Below, piece after piece: positions 36,793 through 44,810 of a stretch of 58,953 bases of DNA. The DNA is from a virus (taxonomy: Duplodnaviria > Caudoviricetes): IMG/VR virus record IMGVR_UViG_3300009788_000015, positions 1 through 58,953 of that record. The stretch is one strand, 5' to 3'. Position 1 is the first letter of the stretch. Each line of letters opens with the position of its first letter. A program made the position numbers and the translations under genes. Below the pieces are notes generated by a model. The model was not told the DNA's origin and did not search any database. It saw only the letters and a list, made by a program, of their open reading frames with translations.

Positions 36793-37371
36793 CTAGGTCA
36801 GCCCGGGGAACAGGTTCACTGCCCGCATCAGGAGGACCTCGTCGGTCTTCCCCTTGAGCACCGCGCCGGCGATCATCCGGCCCACGAGGTTGGTGGTCCA
36901 CTCCCACGCCTCGTCCTTGGTGCAGCCGTCGCGCCGGGAGACGTCGGCGATCGCGTCGTTGTAGAAGTCGGCCTGGTCGCGGTCGAGCCGCAGCAGGACC
37001 GTACGCGTCGTGGGCGCCGCCGCGTCCTCCTGCGGCAGCGCCATCTGGAGCACCACCGCCGTCACGCGCCCGCGCGGGCAGCCGGCGCGCGGCAGCCGCT
37101 TGACGTCCTTCGGCTTGAGGATCGGGAAGGTGAGCCGCATCCGGTGGAACGCCGAGGGTAGGGACTCAGCGGGCATCTTGCCGGCGAGCAGCGACACGAC
37201 GGCCTTCTCCACCACCACCGCCGCCTGCGGGACCGGCACCCCGGTGCGGACCAGCACCTCGACCAGGTCCTCGAACAGCTTGGACTGGCGGTCGTTCATC
37301 GAGAACAGCCGGACCTCCAGCCGGGCGCCCGGTCGCCTAGGCGTGGCCTTGAGCGCGATGGTCCGCCTCAC
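36793..37371 (-). CDS. Hypothetical protein
   Basis: Long ORF; start uncertain (37371 or 37299). Confidence 0.5.
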   Translation of the reverse strand: MRRTIALKATPRRPGARLEVRLFSMNDRQSKLFEDLVEVLVRTGVPVPQAAVVVEKAVVSLLAGKMPAESLPSAFHRMRLTFPILKPKDVKRLPRAGCPRGRVTAVVLQMALPQEDAAAPTTRTVLLRLDRDQADFYNDAIADVSRRDGCTKDEAWEWTTNLVGRMIAGAVLKGKTDEVLLMRAVNLFPGLT

Positions 37372-37499
37372 TCGAACCACCCCAACACGTAGCCCATGAT
37401 GGCGAAGGCGACCCCGAGGACCAGCGCGAGTTCGACGAAGCCCATCGCCGGGTGGAACCCGCGGCGGCGCCGTGCCCAGTCGCCGTCGTCCAGCGTCAC
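37368..37499 (-). CDS. 43-aa TM peptide
   Basis: FVELALVLGVAFAIMGYVLGWF; coupled on both sides. Confidence 0.45.
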   Translation of the reverse strand: MTLDDGDWARRRRGFHPAMGFVELALVLGVAFAIMGYVLGWFE

Positions 37500-37840
37500 G
37501 ACGCACCCCGCAGTGGCTCGAACACGTGGTCAGGTCCATGCTTCAGCTCGGTCGCGCCGCACAGCCGACACAGTGGCCACACGCCGTCGCGGTGGCGCCG
37601 CAGCATCACCAGGAGCCGGTTCACCTCGGGGCGGGACTTGAGGCGGAGCGCGATCTGGGCGCCATCGAACTCTCCTCCGAGTTCCAGCGCGAGGATCACC
37701 ATCTCGGGCTTGCCGCGGCCGTCTTCCTCGGGCGTCCACTCGTAGACGCCGTAGCCGTTGGACTCGAGGATCGCAGGCACGTCGCGCAGGTTCTTCCCCG
37801 AGAACTCCTCGTCGGGGACCGGGTTGGTGGGGTCCTTCAC
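37496..37840 (-). CDS. Hypothetical protein
   Basis: WTPEEDGRGKP...LRLKS...RHRDGVWP. Confidence 0.55.
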   Translation of the reverse strand: MKDPTNPVPDEEFSGKNLRDVPAILESNGYGVYEWTPEEDGRGKPEMVILALELGGEFDGAQIALRLKSRPEVNRLLVMLRRHRDGVWPLCRLCGATELKHGPDHVFEPLRGAS

Positions 37841-38193
37841 GCTTCCCCCATCCACCTGTTGGTGATGCTGACTATCTTCTCCCGGCACCAGGGGCAGCTG
37901 ACAACGCCGAGGTCGTCGGTGCTGCGGCCGTTCCGGCAGACGTCGTCCAGGTTCTTGACGCCGGCGTTCCACGCGAAGTGAACGTACCTGAGGTCGGAGG
38001 GCTTGGTGAGCGTGTGCGCGATCGTCTTGCAGGTCTCGTTGTCGCTGCAGTAGCGCGTGTTTATCATCATCGTGCCGGGGTCGAGCGCGTACTGTTCCGA
38101 CACGTCACACCTGGCGACGGCTATCTTGTCGTCCGGTTGGAGTGTGTTGCAGATGTTGCACGTCCAGTTCGAGGGGCAGTAGCTGCCGGTCAC
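37837..38193 (-). CDS. Cys-rich hypothetical protein
   Basis: CNIC...YCSDNETC...CPWC; AGGAG RBS. Confidence 0.55.
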   Translation of the reverse strand: MTGSYCPSNWTCNICNTLQPDDKIAVARCDVSEQYALDPGTMMINTRYCSDNETCKTIAHTLTKPSDLRYVHFAWNAGVKNLDDVCRNGRSTDDLGVVSCPWCREKIVSITNRWMGEA

Positions 38194-38435
38194 TGCTGCT
38201 CCTTCAGGATGATCGTTATGGTCCGCACTCGCGGCCCGAGGTAGTCGCGGCGGATCTGGCCAGGTTCGAGGTCGGGCCATTTCAGCTCGTCGTTCACGTG
38301 CTCCACCTCCCAACGAAGGTCTTCGCATCTCGCCGGGTGTTTGTCGACGTCGAGCACCTTCAAGAACTGCGCCGCGCTCTTGGTGATTCGCCCCCACCGG
38401 GTCCTGAAACTCTCGACGGTCTCCGGCTTGGCCAT
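38190..38435 (-). CDS. Hypothetical protein, leaderless
   Basis: ATG 6 nt after predicted -10. Confidence 0.55.
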   Translation of the reverse strand: MAKPETVESFRTRWGRITKSAAQFLKVLDVDKHPARCEDLRWEVEHVNDELKWPDLEPGQIRRDYLGPRVRTITIILKEQQ

Positions 38436-38441
38436 GCCCAG

Positions 38442-38470
38442 ACCGTAGCCTTGGGTCGCACGAAAGCCAA
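38442..38470 (-). promoter_or_regulatory. Promoter TTGGCT-17-TACGGT
   Basis: Member of the repeated GTTGGCTTT family. Confidence 0.6.
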
Positions 38471-38485
38471 CCCCGGGCGGGGGTC

Positions 38486-38522
38486 AAAAAAGGAGCCCCC
38501 CGGCGGGCCGCCGGGGGGCCCC
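38486..38522 (-). terminator. Rho-independent terminator
   Basis: GCCCCCCGGCGG/CCGCCGGGGGGC stem followed by CCTTTTTT. Confidence 0.8.
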
Positions 38523-38637
38523 AGGATCACCACGCGCGGGCTGGCCTTGCCTGTGCCAGCCCCCACCTGCACGTTCCTCCTGCAGTCGCTCGGGGCTCGA
38601 CTTCCACCGCGCCCCGGCCCCGACTATACACTGGGGG

Positions 38638-38934
38638 CTAGGCGACCGCGATCAGCCTCGCGGCCAGGGCGAGCCCCCCGTGGATCACGCCCAGTATTCG
38701 GGCATCGGTGGCGTCCGCCTGCTGGACCACCGCAATCCCCGCCTTCAGGGCGACGGCGTCGCGCTCGGCGCGGACCGCCTCCTGGAAGCCCGGGTCGTCC
38801 ACGAGCGTCGCCAGGTGGGCCGCCCGCTCCGCGGCGTACGCGGCGAGCTCGGCGGCCCCCTGCTGGAGGCTGGCGCCGGTCTCGGTGATCGCGTCTTGGA
38901 ACAGGGCCTTGAGGTCGTTGGTTACGTCTGTCAT
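38638..38934 (-). CDS. Helical protein with hydrophobic C-terminus
   Basis: ATGA-coupled to the lipoprotein gene; ends ILGVIHGGLALAARLIAVA. Confidence 0.65.
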   Translation of the reverse strand: MTDVTNDLKALFQDAITETGASLQQGAAELAAYAAERAAHLATLVDDPGFQEAVRAERDAVALKAGIAVVQQADATDARILGVIHGGLALAARLIAVA

Positions 38935-39308
38935 CGTCCGGTCAATTCCTGCATGGCCTCCGAGAACCTGTCTATCCGTTCGAGCAGCGAGGCGGAGACG
39001 CCCTCGCTGACCTCGCCCCTGTCGACGCGCACCTGCACGCCGAGCCGGGCGAGCGGCTCCACCATAGACCAATCAACGCCCTGGAGGAGCTGGTAGTCGT
39101 CGGCCTGGACGGCGCCTTCGATCTGGTCGATCGCGGCCGCGGCCGCCGGCGGGGGCGGTGCGCCGTCGAGGCCCGTGACGACGGACTCGTGGACGGCCGG
39201 CCAGGTCGACGCGACCTGCGGCCAGAGCGCGTGCTCGCGGGCCCGCGAACCGGCGCAGGCAGCGAGAACCAAGAGAACGACGGCAAACGAGGCGGCGCGA
39301 CTTCTCAT
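38931..39308 (-). CDS. Lipoprotein
   Basis: MRSRAASFAVVLLVLAA-C signal II with lipobox LAAC. Confidence 0.72.
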   Translation of the reverse strand: MRSRAASFAVVLLVLAACAGSRAREHALWPQVASTWPAVHESVVTGLDGAPPPPAAAAAIDQIEGAVQADDYQLLQGVDWSMVEPLARLGVQVRVDRGEVSEGVSASLLERIDRFSEAMQELTGR

Positions 39309-39315
39309 GGGCATA

Positions 39316-39345
39316 ATCATCCTTCGCGGAACGATCGAAAGCCAA
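39316..39345 (-). promoter_or_regulatory. Promoter TTGGCT-18-GATGAT, leaderless for the lipoprotein
   Basis: GTTGGCTTTC family; ATG 7 nt downstream. Confidence 0.5.
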
Positions 39346-39347
39346 CG

Positions 39348-39683
39348 CTATTCTCTCAACCTCTTCAGTGGATCCCAGTAGTCGATCTCGGCCTGGGTCG
39401 CGCGCGTCAGTTTGTCTGCCTCCTCAGGCGGGAACAGGCCGATCAGGTCGTGGTAGGTTTGGCCCCAGTCGTCGTTGAGCTTGACGCCGTTCAGGCCGTG
39501 TACGACGTATTCGTTGGCCTTTATCATCGCCTCCCAGACGGTGACGCTGACTCGTTGCATCAGGTCGTTGCAGAACCGCTCGTACTGCGACCGCTGATCC
39601 GCGTTCAGGCGGAGGGTCATGTGCTTCCCGTCGTACAAGACCACGTGCGCCGGCGTGTGCAGCCCGAGGATCGTCACGAGCAC
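39348..39683 (-). CDS. Hypothetical protein
   Basis: GAGG RBS, GTG start. Confidence 0.5.
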   Translation of the reverse strand: MLVTILGLHTPAHVVLYDGKHMTLRLNADQRSQYERFCNDLMQRVSVTVWEAMIKANEYVVHGLNGVKLNDDWGQTYHDLIGLFPPEEADKLTRATQAEIDYWDPLKRLRE

Positions 39684-39865
39684 AGCCTCTCGACGCGCTT
39701 CAGCAGCCTCCTGCGACGCCTGTGCCAGTCTGCGTATTCCACCATCGAGATCCCGAGGTGGTGCTCGGCCTCCTTGAGCAGCTTCGCCAGCTTCAGCAGG
39801 AGGTCTTGGACCTCCTCGATCGTGGCGACGAGATCGTCTCTCGTGGGCTGACGCCGCCTGCTCAC
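39674..39865 (-). CDS. Small coiled-coil hypothetical protein
   Basis: Coupled ORF. Confidence 0.5.
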   Translation of the reverse strand: MSRRRQPTRDDLVATIEEVQDLLLKLAKLLKEAEHHLGISMVEYADWHRRRRRLLKRVERLCS

Positions 39866-40599
39866 GATTCCAGGGCCCCCCGGCTCTGCGCCTCGTCCGC
39901 CGTGACGGGGTCGCCGCTCTCGGTGTTGCGCCAGTCGCCGTCGTCGCCCACCTCGGGGTCGCGCCAGTCGAAGCGGGCGAAGTCGGAGACCCGCACCAGG
40001 GCGGGCTTACCGTAGTAGGCGAAGTGCTCGGGCACGCCGATCCACTCGCGGAGCTCGTCGTGGTCGGGGCCCAGCAGCCACAGCAGGCCCTTGAAGTGCG
40101 ACATGGACTTCTGCGCGGAGATCCCGCGGCAGCCATTCGCCTTGCCCCACGCGAACTTCAGGTAGTCCCGGACCTGGCCCACCACCCCCTCGCGGGTCTT
40201 GAGACGCTCGGCCTCCCACCCCTCGGGCTCGTGCGGGGAGCCGTCGCGGAGGAACTGCTTGGCGTCCTCGAACGGCAGGGCCTCGAGGAGGCGGCTGCGT
40301 TCCACGCCGAACATGTCGAGCTCGGGAGAGCCCCCCAGTTCGCGGATCCTGGCGACGATCTGGGGGATGGTGCGGGGGAGGTTTTCCATTTTTCTGTCCT
40401 CGTTTGCGCGCTTGATGTTCAGGAGGTCGCGGCCGTTGGCCCTGCGCAGCGTCACCCACTGGCCGTCGCGGTGCTGGTAGCAGATCCAACCGTCGAGTTC
40501 GTGCCCGGGCTCGCGGACCCACAGCATCTCGCGCTGGGACCGCGAGTCGAAGTAGCGGACCCCGCTGGGCTGGAAGAGCCGCGCGCCGGGACCGCTCAC
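39862..40599 (-). CDS. Hypothetical protein, possibly two in-frame fused genes (internal RBS and ATG at 40389)
   Basis: YLKFAWGKANGCRGISA...YYGKP domain; GAGGA before MENLPRT. Confidence 0.55.
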   Translation of the reverse strand: MSGPGARLFQPSGVRYFDSRSQREMLWVREPGHELDGWICYQHRDGQWVTLRRANGRDLLNIKRANEDRKMENLPRTIPQIVARIRELGGSPELDMFGVERSRLLEALPFEDAKQFLRDGSPHEPEGWEAERLKTREGVVGQVRDYLKFAWGKANGCRGISAQKSMSHFKGLLWLLGPDHDELREWIGVPEHFAYYGKPALVRVSDFARFDWRDPEVGDDGDWRNTESGDPVTADEAQSRGALES

Positions 40600-40715
40600 G
40601 GCCGCCTCCTGCGCCTGGCCGACCAGGTGACCAGCAGGACCACGGCGACGAGCGCGAGGGCCCACAGGAACTCCGTGAAGGTCAGGGCGCCCGGGAACTC
40701 TGACTGGGCGAACAT
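40596..40715 (-). CDS. Small TM peptide with poly-Arg tail
   Basis: FLWALALVAVVLLVTWSARRRRRP. Confidence 0.45.
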   Translation of the reverse strand: MFAQSEFPGALTFTEFLWALALVAVVLLVTWSARRRRRP

Positions 40716-40783
40716 TGGGCCCGTGATCTTGGCCGAACGACGGCGGAAAGCCAAGTCCCACTCGCCCAACTTCGCGCTGTCGG

Positions 40784-41056
40784 TCACCTGCGCAGGTTCT
40801 GGATCTCCTCGACGCTGAGCCGCTCGAGGAAGTAGTTCATGTGCCTGCGGGCGCTGGCCTTCTGGTCCCGCGTCACGGCGTGGTCGCGGATGCTGACGAG
40901 GTCGTCGTATTGGCCCTGGTTCACCCCGGCGACCGTCTGCGAGGCGCTGCGGGAGTCCATCTCGGCCGCGACGAAGGCCCAGCAGCCGAAGAGCACCCCG
41001 ACGAAGGCCAGGGTGGTGAAGGCACGCTGGAGGCCGGTCGACTTGGGCTGGGTCAT
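40784..41056 (-). CDS. Membrane-anchored hypothetical protein
   Basis: GAGG RBS; TLAFVGVLFGCWAFV. Confidence 0.55.
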   Translation of the reverse strand: MTQPKSTGLQRAFTTLAFVGVLFGCWAFVAAEMDSRSASQTVAGVNQGQYDDLVSIRDHAVTRDQKASARRHMNYFLERLSVEEIQNLRR

Positions 41057-41160
41057 CGGGTCACCTCGCGCTTGCTGCACGGCCGGCACAGGACGTCCTC
41101 GGACAGGAACAGGCGACGGCCGCAGAAGTCGCACTGCCTCTCTGTTGTTGAGTTCTTCAT
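41053..41160 (-). CDS. 35-aa CxxC...CxxC peptide, leaderless
   Basis: TAGGCT -10 lies 5 nt before ATG; MKNSTTERQCDFCGRRLFLSEDVLCRPCSKREVTR. Confidence 0.45.
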   Translation of the reverse strand: MKNSTTERQCDFCGRRLFLSEDVLCRPCSKREVTR

Positions 41161-41235
41161 GCTGCAGCCTATCGTCCAGGATCGGCGACCGGCTTGAGGC
41201 CCCGCGCTTTGGGTCCCGACGCGGGACTCGGGGGT

Positions 41236-41574
41236 TCACGGAGGTCGCGGTGGGACGGGCCGGTCCGCCCCGGCCACTAACTGCTTGGTGAGCATCGACC
41301 ACTGGACGTGCTTCCAGTCTTCGACATCAATGATGACGAACGCCATCGCGGTCACCTCAGCCGTCCAGCCGGTGACCTTCTCATTCTCGTTGAAGTGCTC
41401 CCACCCTTCCATGAGCGACCACGCGCGCTCGGCGGTCAGGCCGACCGCGAGCAGCATCTGGTAAGCCCGCCGCGACGACCGGTGGCCCTGGATGGCACGG
41501 CCCAGCAGCGTGAAGAACGCGACCATCCCAGGCGCATACCGCGCCAGCGCGAGGACGTTCGTCGCGTTGCTCAC
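41236..41574 (-). CDS. Hypothetical protein
   Basis: GTG start 1 nt after the upstream stop. Confidence 0.5.
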   Translation of the reverse strand: MSNATNVLALARYAPGMVAFFTLLGRAIQGHRSSRRAYQMLLAVGLTAERAWSLMEGWEHFNENEKVTGWTAEVTAMAFVIIDVEDWKHVQWSMLTKQLVAGADRPVPPRPP

Positions 41575-41575
41575 G

Positions 41576-43663
41576 TTAGGGGGCGACGGTCGCGACACAG
41601 GCCCACCACTCCGCCACCCGGCGGTCGCTCGCCTCCCGCCCGCCGGTGAAGTACCGCACGGCCGCCTTCGCCTTGTCCCGTAGCTCGTCCTGTCGTAGTA
41701 CCTCCGTCGCAATCAGCACCGCGCAGAACGCCCACCCCGTCGTGCCGCCGATCCCCGGGCTCACCACCATCTGCCGCGAGTCGCTCCTCACCAGCGAGAC
41801 GGCGAGCGGCCAGCCCCCGTCGAGCCAGACGACGTCGTCCGCCAGGAACCAGGCGCCCCTCTCCTGAAACAGCGCGAAGTCCACGACCGTGGTGCAGACC
41901 TGCCGGAGGCCGGCGAACGCCAGCGGACGCGCGGTAGCCTTCCACAGGTTGTAGGTCCCCACGGCGTAGAGCCCGTGCTCCCACACCGACCACCACTCGG
42001 CGAGCTCGCCCACCCTCGCGTGGCTTGGTGGGTAGTAGACCTGCTTGCGTGGGTCGGGCCCACCCTTCGCGATGACCTTCACCGGGCCCGGGGCATTGAG
42101 CAGCGACTTGTCGTGGACGACCTGGAGCTTCTCGTCGATCCGGTCCAGGAAGCGGCGGCGCGCCGTCCCGTCGTCCAGCAGCAGCACATACTGGGACCAC
42201 GCGCCGGACAGGCGGCCGACGGCCCGCGTGGCGCCCACCCGGCCGCGCAGCATCTTCTGGTCGGGGATCGACCGCATCTGGATGATCGACTCGGCGAGCG
42301 GGTCGTCCCACAGCGCCAGGACCGCGCACAGGGTGTTCTGCGACCGGTGCTGGTCGTCGTAGCCTGCGTAGCCGGTGGCGTCGAGGTTGGGGAAGCCGAA
42401 GCCCGAGGCGGTCTTGCCCAGCCGGTCGGGCGAGACGCCGGGGTGGTAGTGCGTGTAGTCGGACCAGGTCTGCCAGTCCGGGTGCGCGTCGGGGTCCAGC
42501 GGCACGAGCGTCCCCGCGGCGTCCGGCTCGAAGAACCCGGCGCCCGGCCGGTACACGTCGGCGTAGGCGGAGTAGGCCAGCATGTGCAGGGCCTTGGGCT
42601 CCCGGCCGACGACGACGTAGGTGCCCTTCGTGGCGCCGAAGTCCTCCTTGTCGCCGGCGGCGCTCGGCTGCCTGCCGATCCCGAACCTGCGCTCGTCGTA
42701 GAAGTCGCCCGCGCGTTCGAGCGTCTGTTCGAACCTGCCCCAATCCCACTTGAACTCCGGAATGACGAGCGGCGGCGTCTCTATCACACGCGGCAGGTTC
42801 TTCGCCGCGAGGAAGTTGCCGTCCCAGAGGTCGACACCGGAGCCGACGACGGGCCGCCCCGACAGCGCCGCGACCAGGCTGCGAATTGACCACGAGATCC
42901 AGCCCGTGTCGACCTCCAGGTCCAAGTCGATCGGCAGCGTGCTCGGGTTGGTCACGAAGGCGAGCATCTGCCCGGCGAAGTCGATGCCGGTGGCGTCCGC
43001 GAAGCTGCGCGGCCCGCTGACCACCGTGATCCAGTCTCGCCCCGCCGCGAACGGCTGCGCCATGCCCTTCGCCTTGGCGAAGGAGTCGACGTAGAGCTCG
43101 CCGGCCTTCAGCGCGACGCCGTCCACGCGGATGGCGTCGTTGGGGTCGGCGCGGTTGGACCACGTCAGCTTGCCCCAGCACTCGACGACCGGGTCGAGGT
43201 GGCAGAACTCGGCCCACCACTCGAACACCATCCCGAGTTCGTCGACCTGGCTGCGCAGGTAGAACCGCTGGTGGGCCGGGCTGCTGTCGACCATCTCGAG
43301 GACCTTGGGGGGCCCGCTGGCGTAGTCGACGCCATCCTTGCGGACGATCACCGAGGGGATCAGCTCCGCCGGGTCGTCCGCGACCCAGGGGTGCAGGGCA
43401 AAGGTCGGGTGGATCTCCGAGGGCGGCGGCGCCGAGAGCACCCCCTCCAGCCTCTCGCTGGCCCGGAGCTGGGTCAGCACCCGGTACATGGTGGATTGGT
43501 CCCGGATCGTGCGCCCGCGAACGGCCCGGAAGGTGCGACCGTCGATGGCCGTGAACGTCGCCTCCTCGCCGAGTTGGGCGGCGTCGACGGCCCGCTTGGG
43601 GAACCCGCAGCGGGCCCAGCGGTCGCGGGGGTGCGGGGCTAGGTTCTCGACGACCGCCTGCAT
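41576..43663 (-). CDS. Large hypothetical protein (695 aa), enzyme-like
   Basis: Long ORF with phage codon usage, AAGG RBS, Trp/Tyr/Asp-rich. Confidence 0.75.
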   Translation of the reverse strand: MQAVVENLAPHPRDRWARCGFPKRAVDAAQLGEEATFTAIDGRTFRAVRGRTIRDQSTMYRVLTQLRASERLEGVLSAPPPSEIHPTFALHPWVADDPAELIPSVIVRKDGVDYASGPPKVLEMVDSSPAHQRFYLRSQVDELGMVFEWWAEFCHLDPVVECWGKLTWSNRADPNDAIRVDGVALKAGELYVDSFAKAKGMAQPFAAGRDWITVVSGPRSFADATGIDFAGQMLAFVTNPSTLPIDLDLEVDTGWISWSIRSLVAALSGRPVVGSGVDLWDGNFLAAKNLPRVIETPPLVIPEFKWDWGRFEQTLERAGDFYDERRFGIGRQPSAAGDKEDFGATKGTYVVVGREPKALHMLAYSAYADVYRPGAGFFEPDAAGTLVPLDPDAHPDWQTWSDYTHYHPGVSPDRLGKTASGFGFPNLDATGYAGYDDQHRSQNTLCAVLALWDDPLAESIIQMRSIPDQKMLRGRVGATRAVGRLSGAWSQYVLLLDDGTARRRFLDRIDEKLQVVHDKSLLNAPGPVKVIAKGGPDPRKQVYYPPSHARVGELAEWWSVWEHGLYAVGTYNLWKATARPLAFAGLRQVCTTVVDFALFQERGAWFLADDVVWLDGGWPLAVSLVRSDSRQMVVSPGIGGTTGWAFCAVLIATEVLRQDELRDKAKAAVRYFTGGREASDRRVAEWWACVATVAP

Positions 43664-43690
43664 CTTGGCCTTTTAGCGCGGCCGGGGCGC

Positions 43691-43918
43691 TCAGTCGAGG
43701 ATGCCGTCGCCCGGGGCGAAGTCCGTGGTTCCAGAACCCTGCGCTCCCGAGCCCGGGAGCGCCTGGGCCAACCTCGCCAGGACGAATTCCGCGGTGTCCT
43801 GGTCGACCTTTGTGAGCTGGTCGCAGAAGCGAATGAGCTCGCCGAGGGGCATCTTGGTGACGGCCCGAATTGCGACGTCCGCCGCGCGCCGCCGCGCCTT
43901 CTTCTTCGTTGCTGCCAT
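43691..43918 (-). CDS. Small basic hypothetical protein
   Basis: GAGG RBS; MAATKKKARRR... Confidence 0.6.
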   Translation of the reverse strand: MAATKKKARRRAADVAIRAVTKMPLGELIRFCDQLTKVDQDTAEFVLARLAQALPGSGAQGSGTTDFAPGDGILD

Positions 43919-44041
43919 GGTCGTGGACCTCGCCGGATAAAATTGGCCCCGGGAGAGCTCAATCGGGAAAAGGGGAAGAAGGAGAGTCGAGCTTTTACGC
44001 CCCTGCGAGGAGGCAACCGGGGCCAAGGTGTGCTGCTTCGA

Positions 44042-44070
44042 AGCGTAGCTGGTCGTCACGTGAAAGCCAA
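44042..44070 (-). promoter_or_regulatory. Promoter TTGGCT-17-TACGCT
   Basis: GTTGGCTTTC family; directly follows a terminator. Confidence 0.6.
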
Positions 44071-44071
44071 C

Positions 44072-44112
44072 AAAAAGAGCCCCTGGCCGCGGGGCTTGCG
44101 ACCGGGGGCTCC
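44072..44112 (-). terminator. Rho-independent terminator
   Basis: GAGCCCC...GGGGCTC stem followed by TTTTT. Confidence 0.75.
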
Positions 44113-44230
44113 TGGAACAGGTTCGCGGCCGGGACCGGGAGGCCCCGGCCGCTCGGGCGCGACCGCGCTGGCTGGGGAGCCGTGCTGGTGATCCGTCGGC
44201 TACCGCGGCGCGCTTCCTCTTGGCCGAGGG

Positions 44231-44260
44231 AACCTACAGCAGCAGGCAACGAAAAGCCAA
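44231..44260 (-). promoter_or_regulatory. Promoter TTGGCT-18-TAGGTT
   Basis: GTTGGCTTT family in an intergenic region. Confidence 0.55.
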
Positions 44261-44406
44261 CACCCCGCCGGACCGGATCACAGGTGGCCACCAAGTCGCC
44301 ACCGGGGCGGTCCTGGTGGCCTCCTGCTGGCTCCCCCTGGGTTCCGGCCCCAGCTAGACGCCCCGGGCCAGGGGCCCGCACGGGGGCACCTGCGGCCCGT
44401 GGTGGG

Positions 44407-44766
44407 TCAGACCGTACTGGCCGCCGCCGAGGGCCGCCAGGGCCGGTTGACGGCGTTCCAGTGGTTGACGAGCCGCTCGCTGCTGCAGCGACCACGCTCC
44501 ATCTGGCAGAGCCACCAGCGCGAGACGCCCAGGACGTCGGCCAGGTCCACGAGGCTGATCCCCGCCCGTCGCCTGCGGATGAAGCACACCTCGTGCCGCC
44601 CAAGGGGTTCCAGGTGCCTCCCGGGTGCCTCGTCCTCGCCCGCCTCCCACCGGCGGAACCGATAGATTGTCACCTTGAGCCGGGCCGCGGCCTCGGGCTG
44701 TGACTGGTTGAACCGCCTCCGCTCTACCAGGAGGCGCTCGGCGGGCGTGAGGTCTTCGGCTTTCAC
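44407..44766 (-). CDS. Tandem XRE-type HTH transcription regulator
   Basis: ERRRFNQSQPEAAARLKV...RRWEAG and RRRRAGISLVDLADVLGVSRWWLCQMERG. Confidence 0.8.
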   Translation of the reverse strand: MKAEDLTPAERLLVERRRFNQSQPEAAARLKVTIYRFRRWEAGEDEAPGRHLEPLGRHEVCFIRRRRAGISLVDLADVLGVSRWWLCQMERGRCSSERLVNHWNAVNRPWRPSAAASTV

Positions 44767-44810
44767 GTCGGGTCAGATCCTACCGGGACCAACCGGGCAG
44801 CACACCTCCC

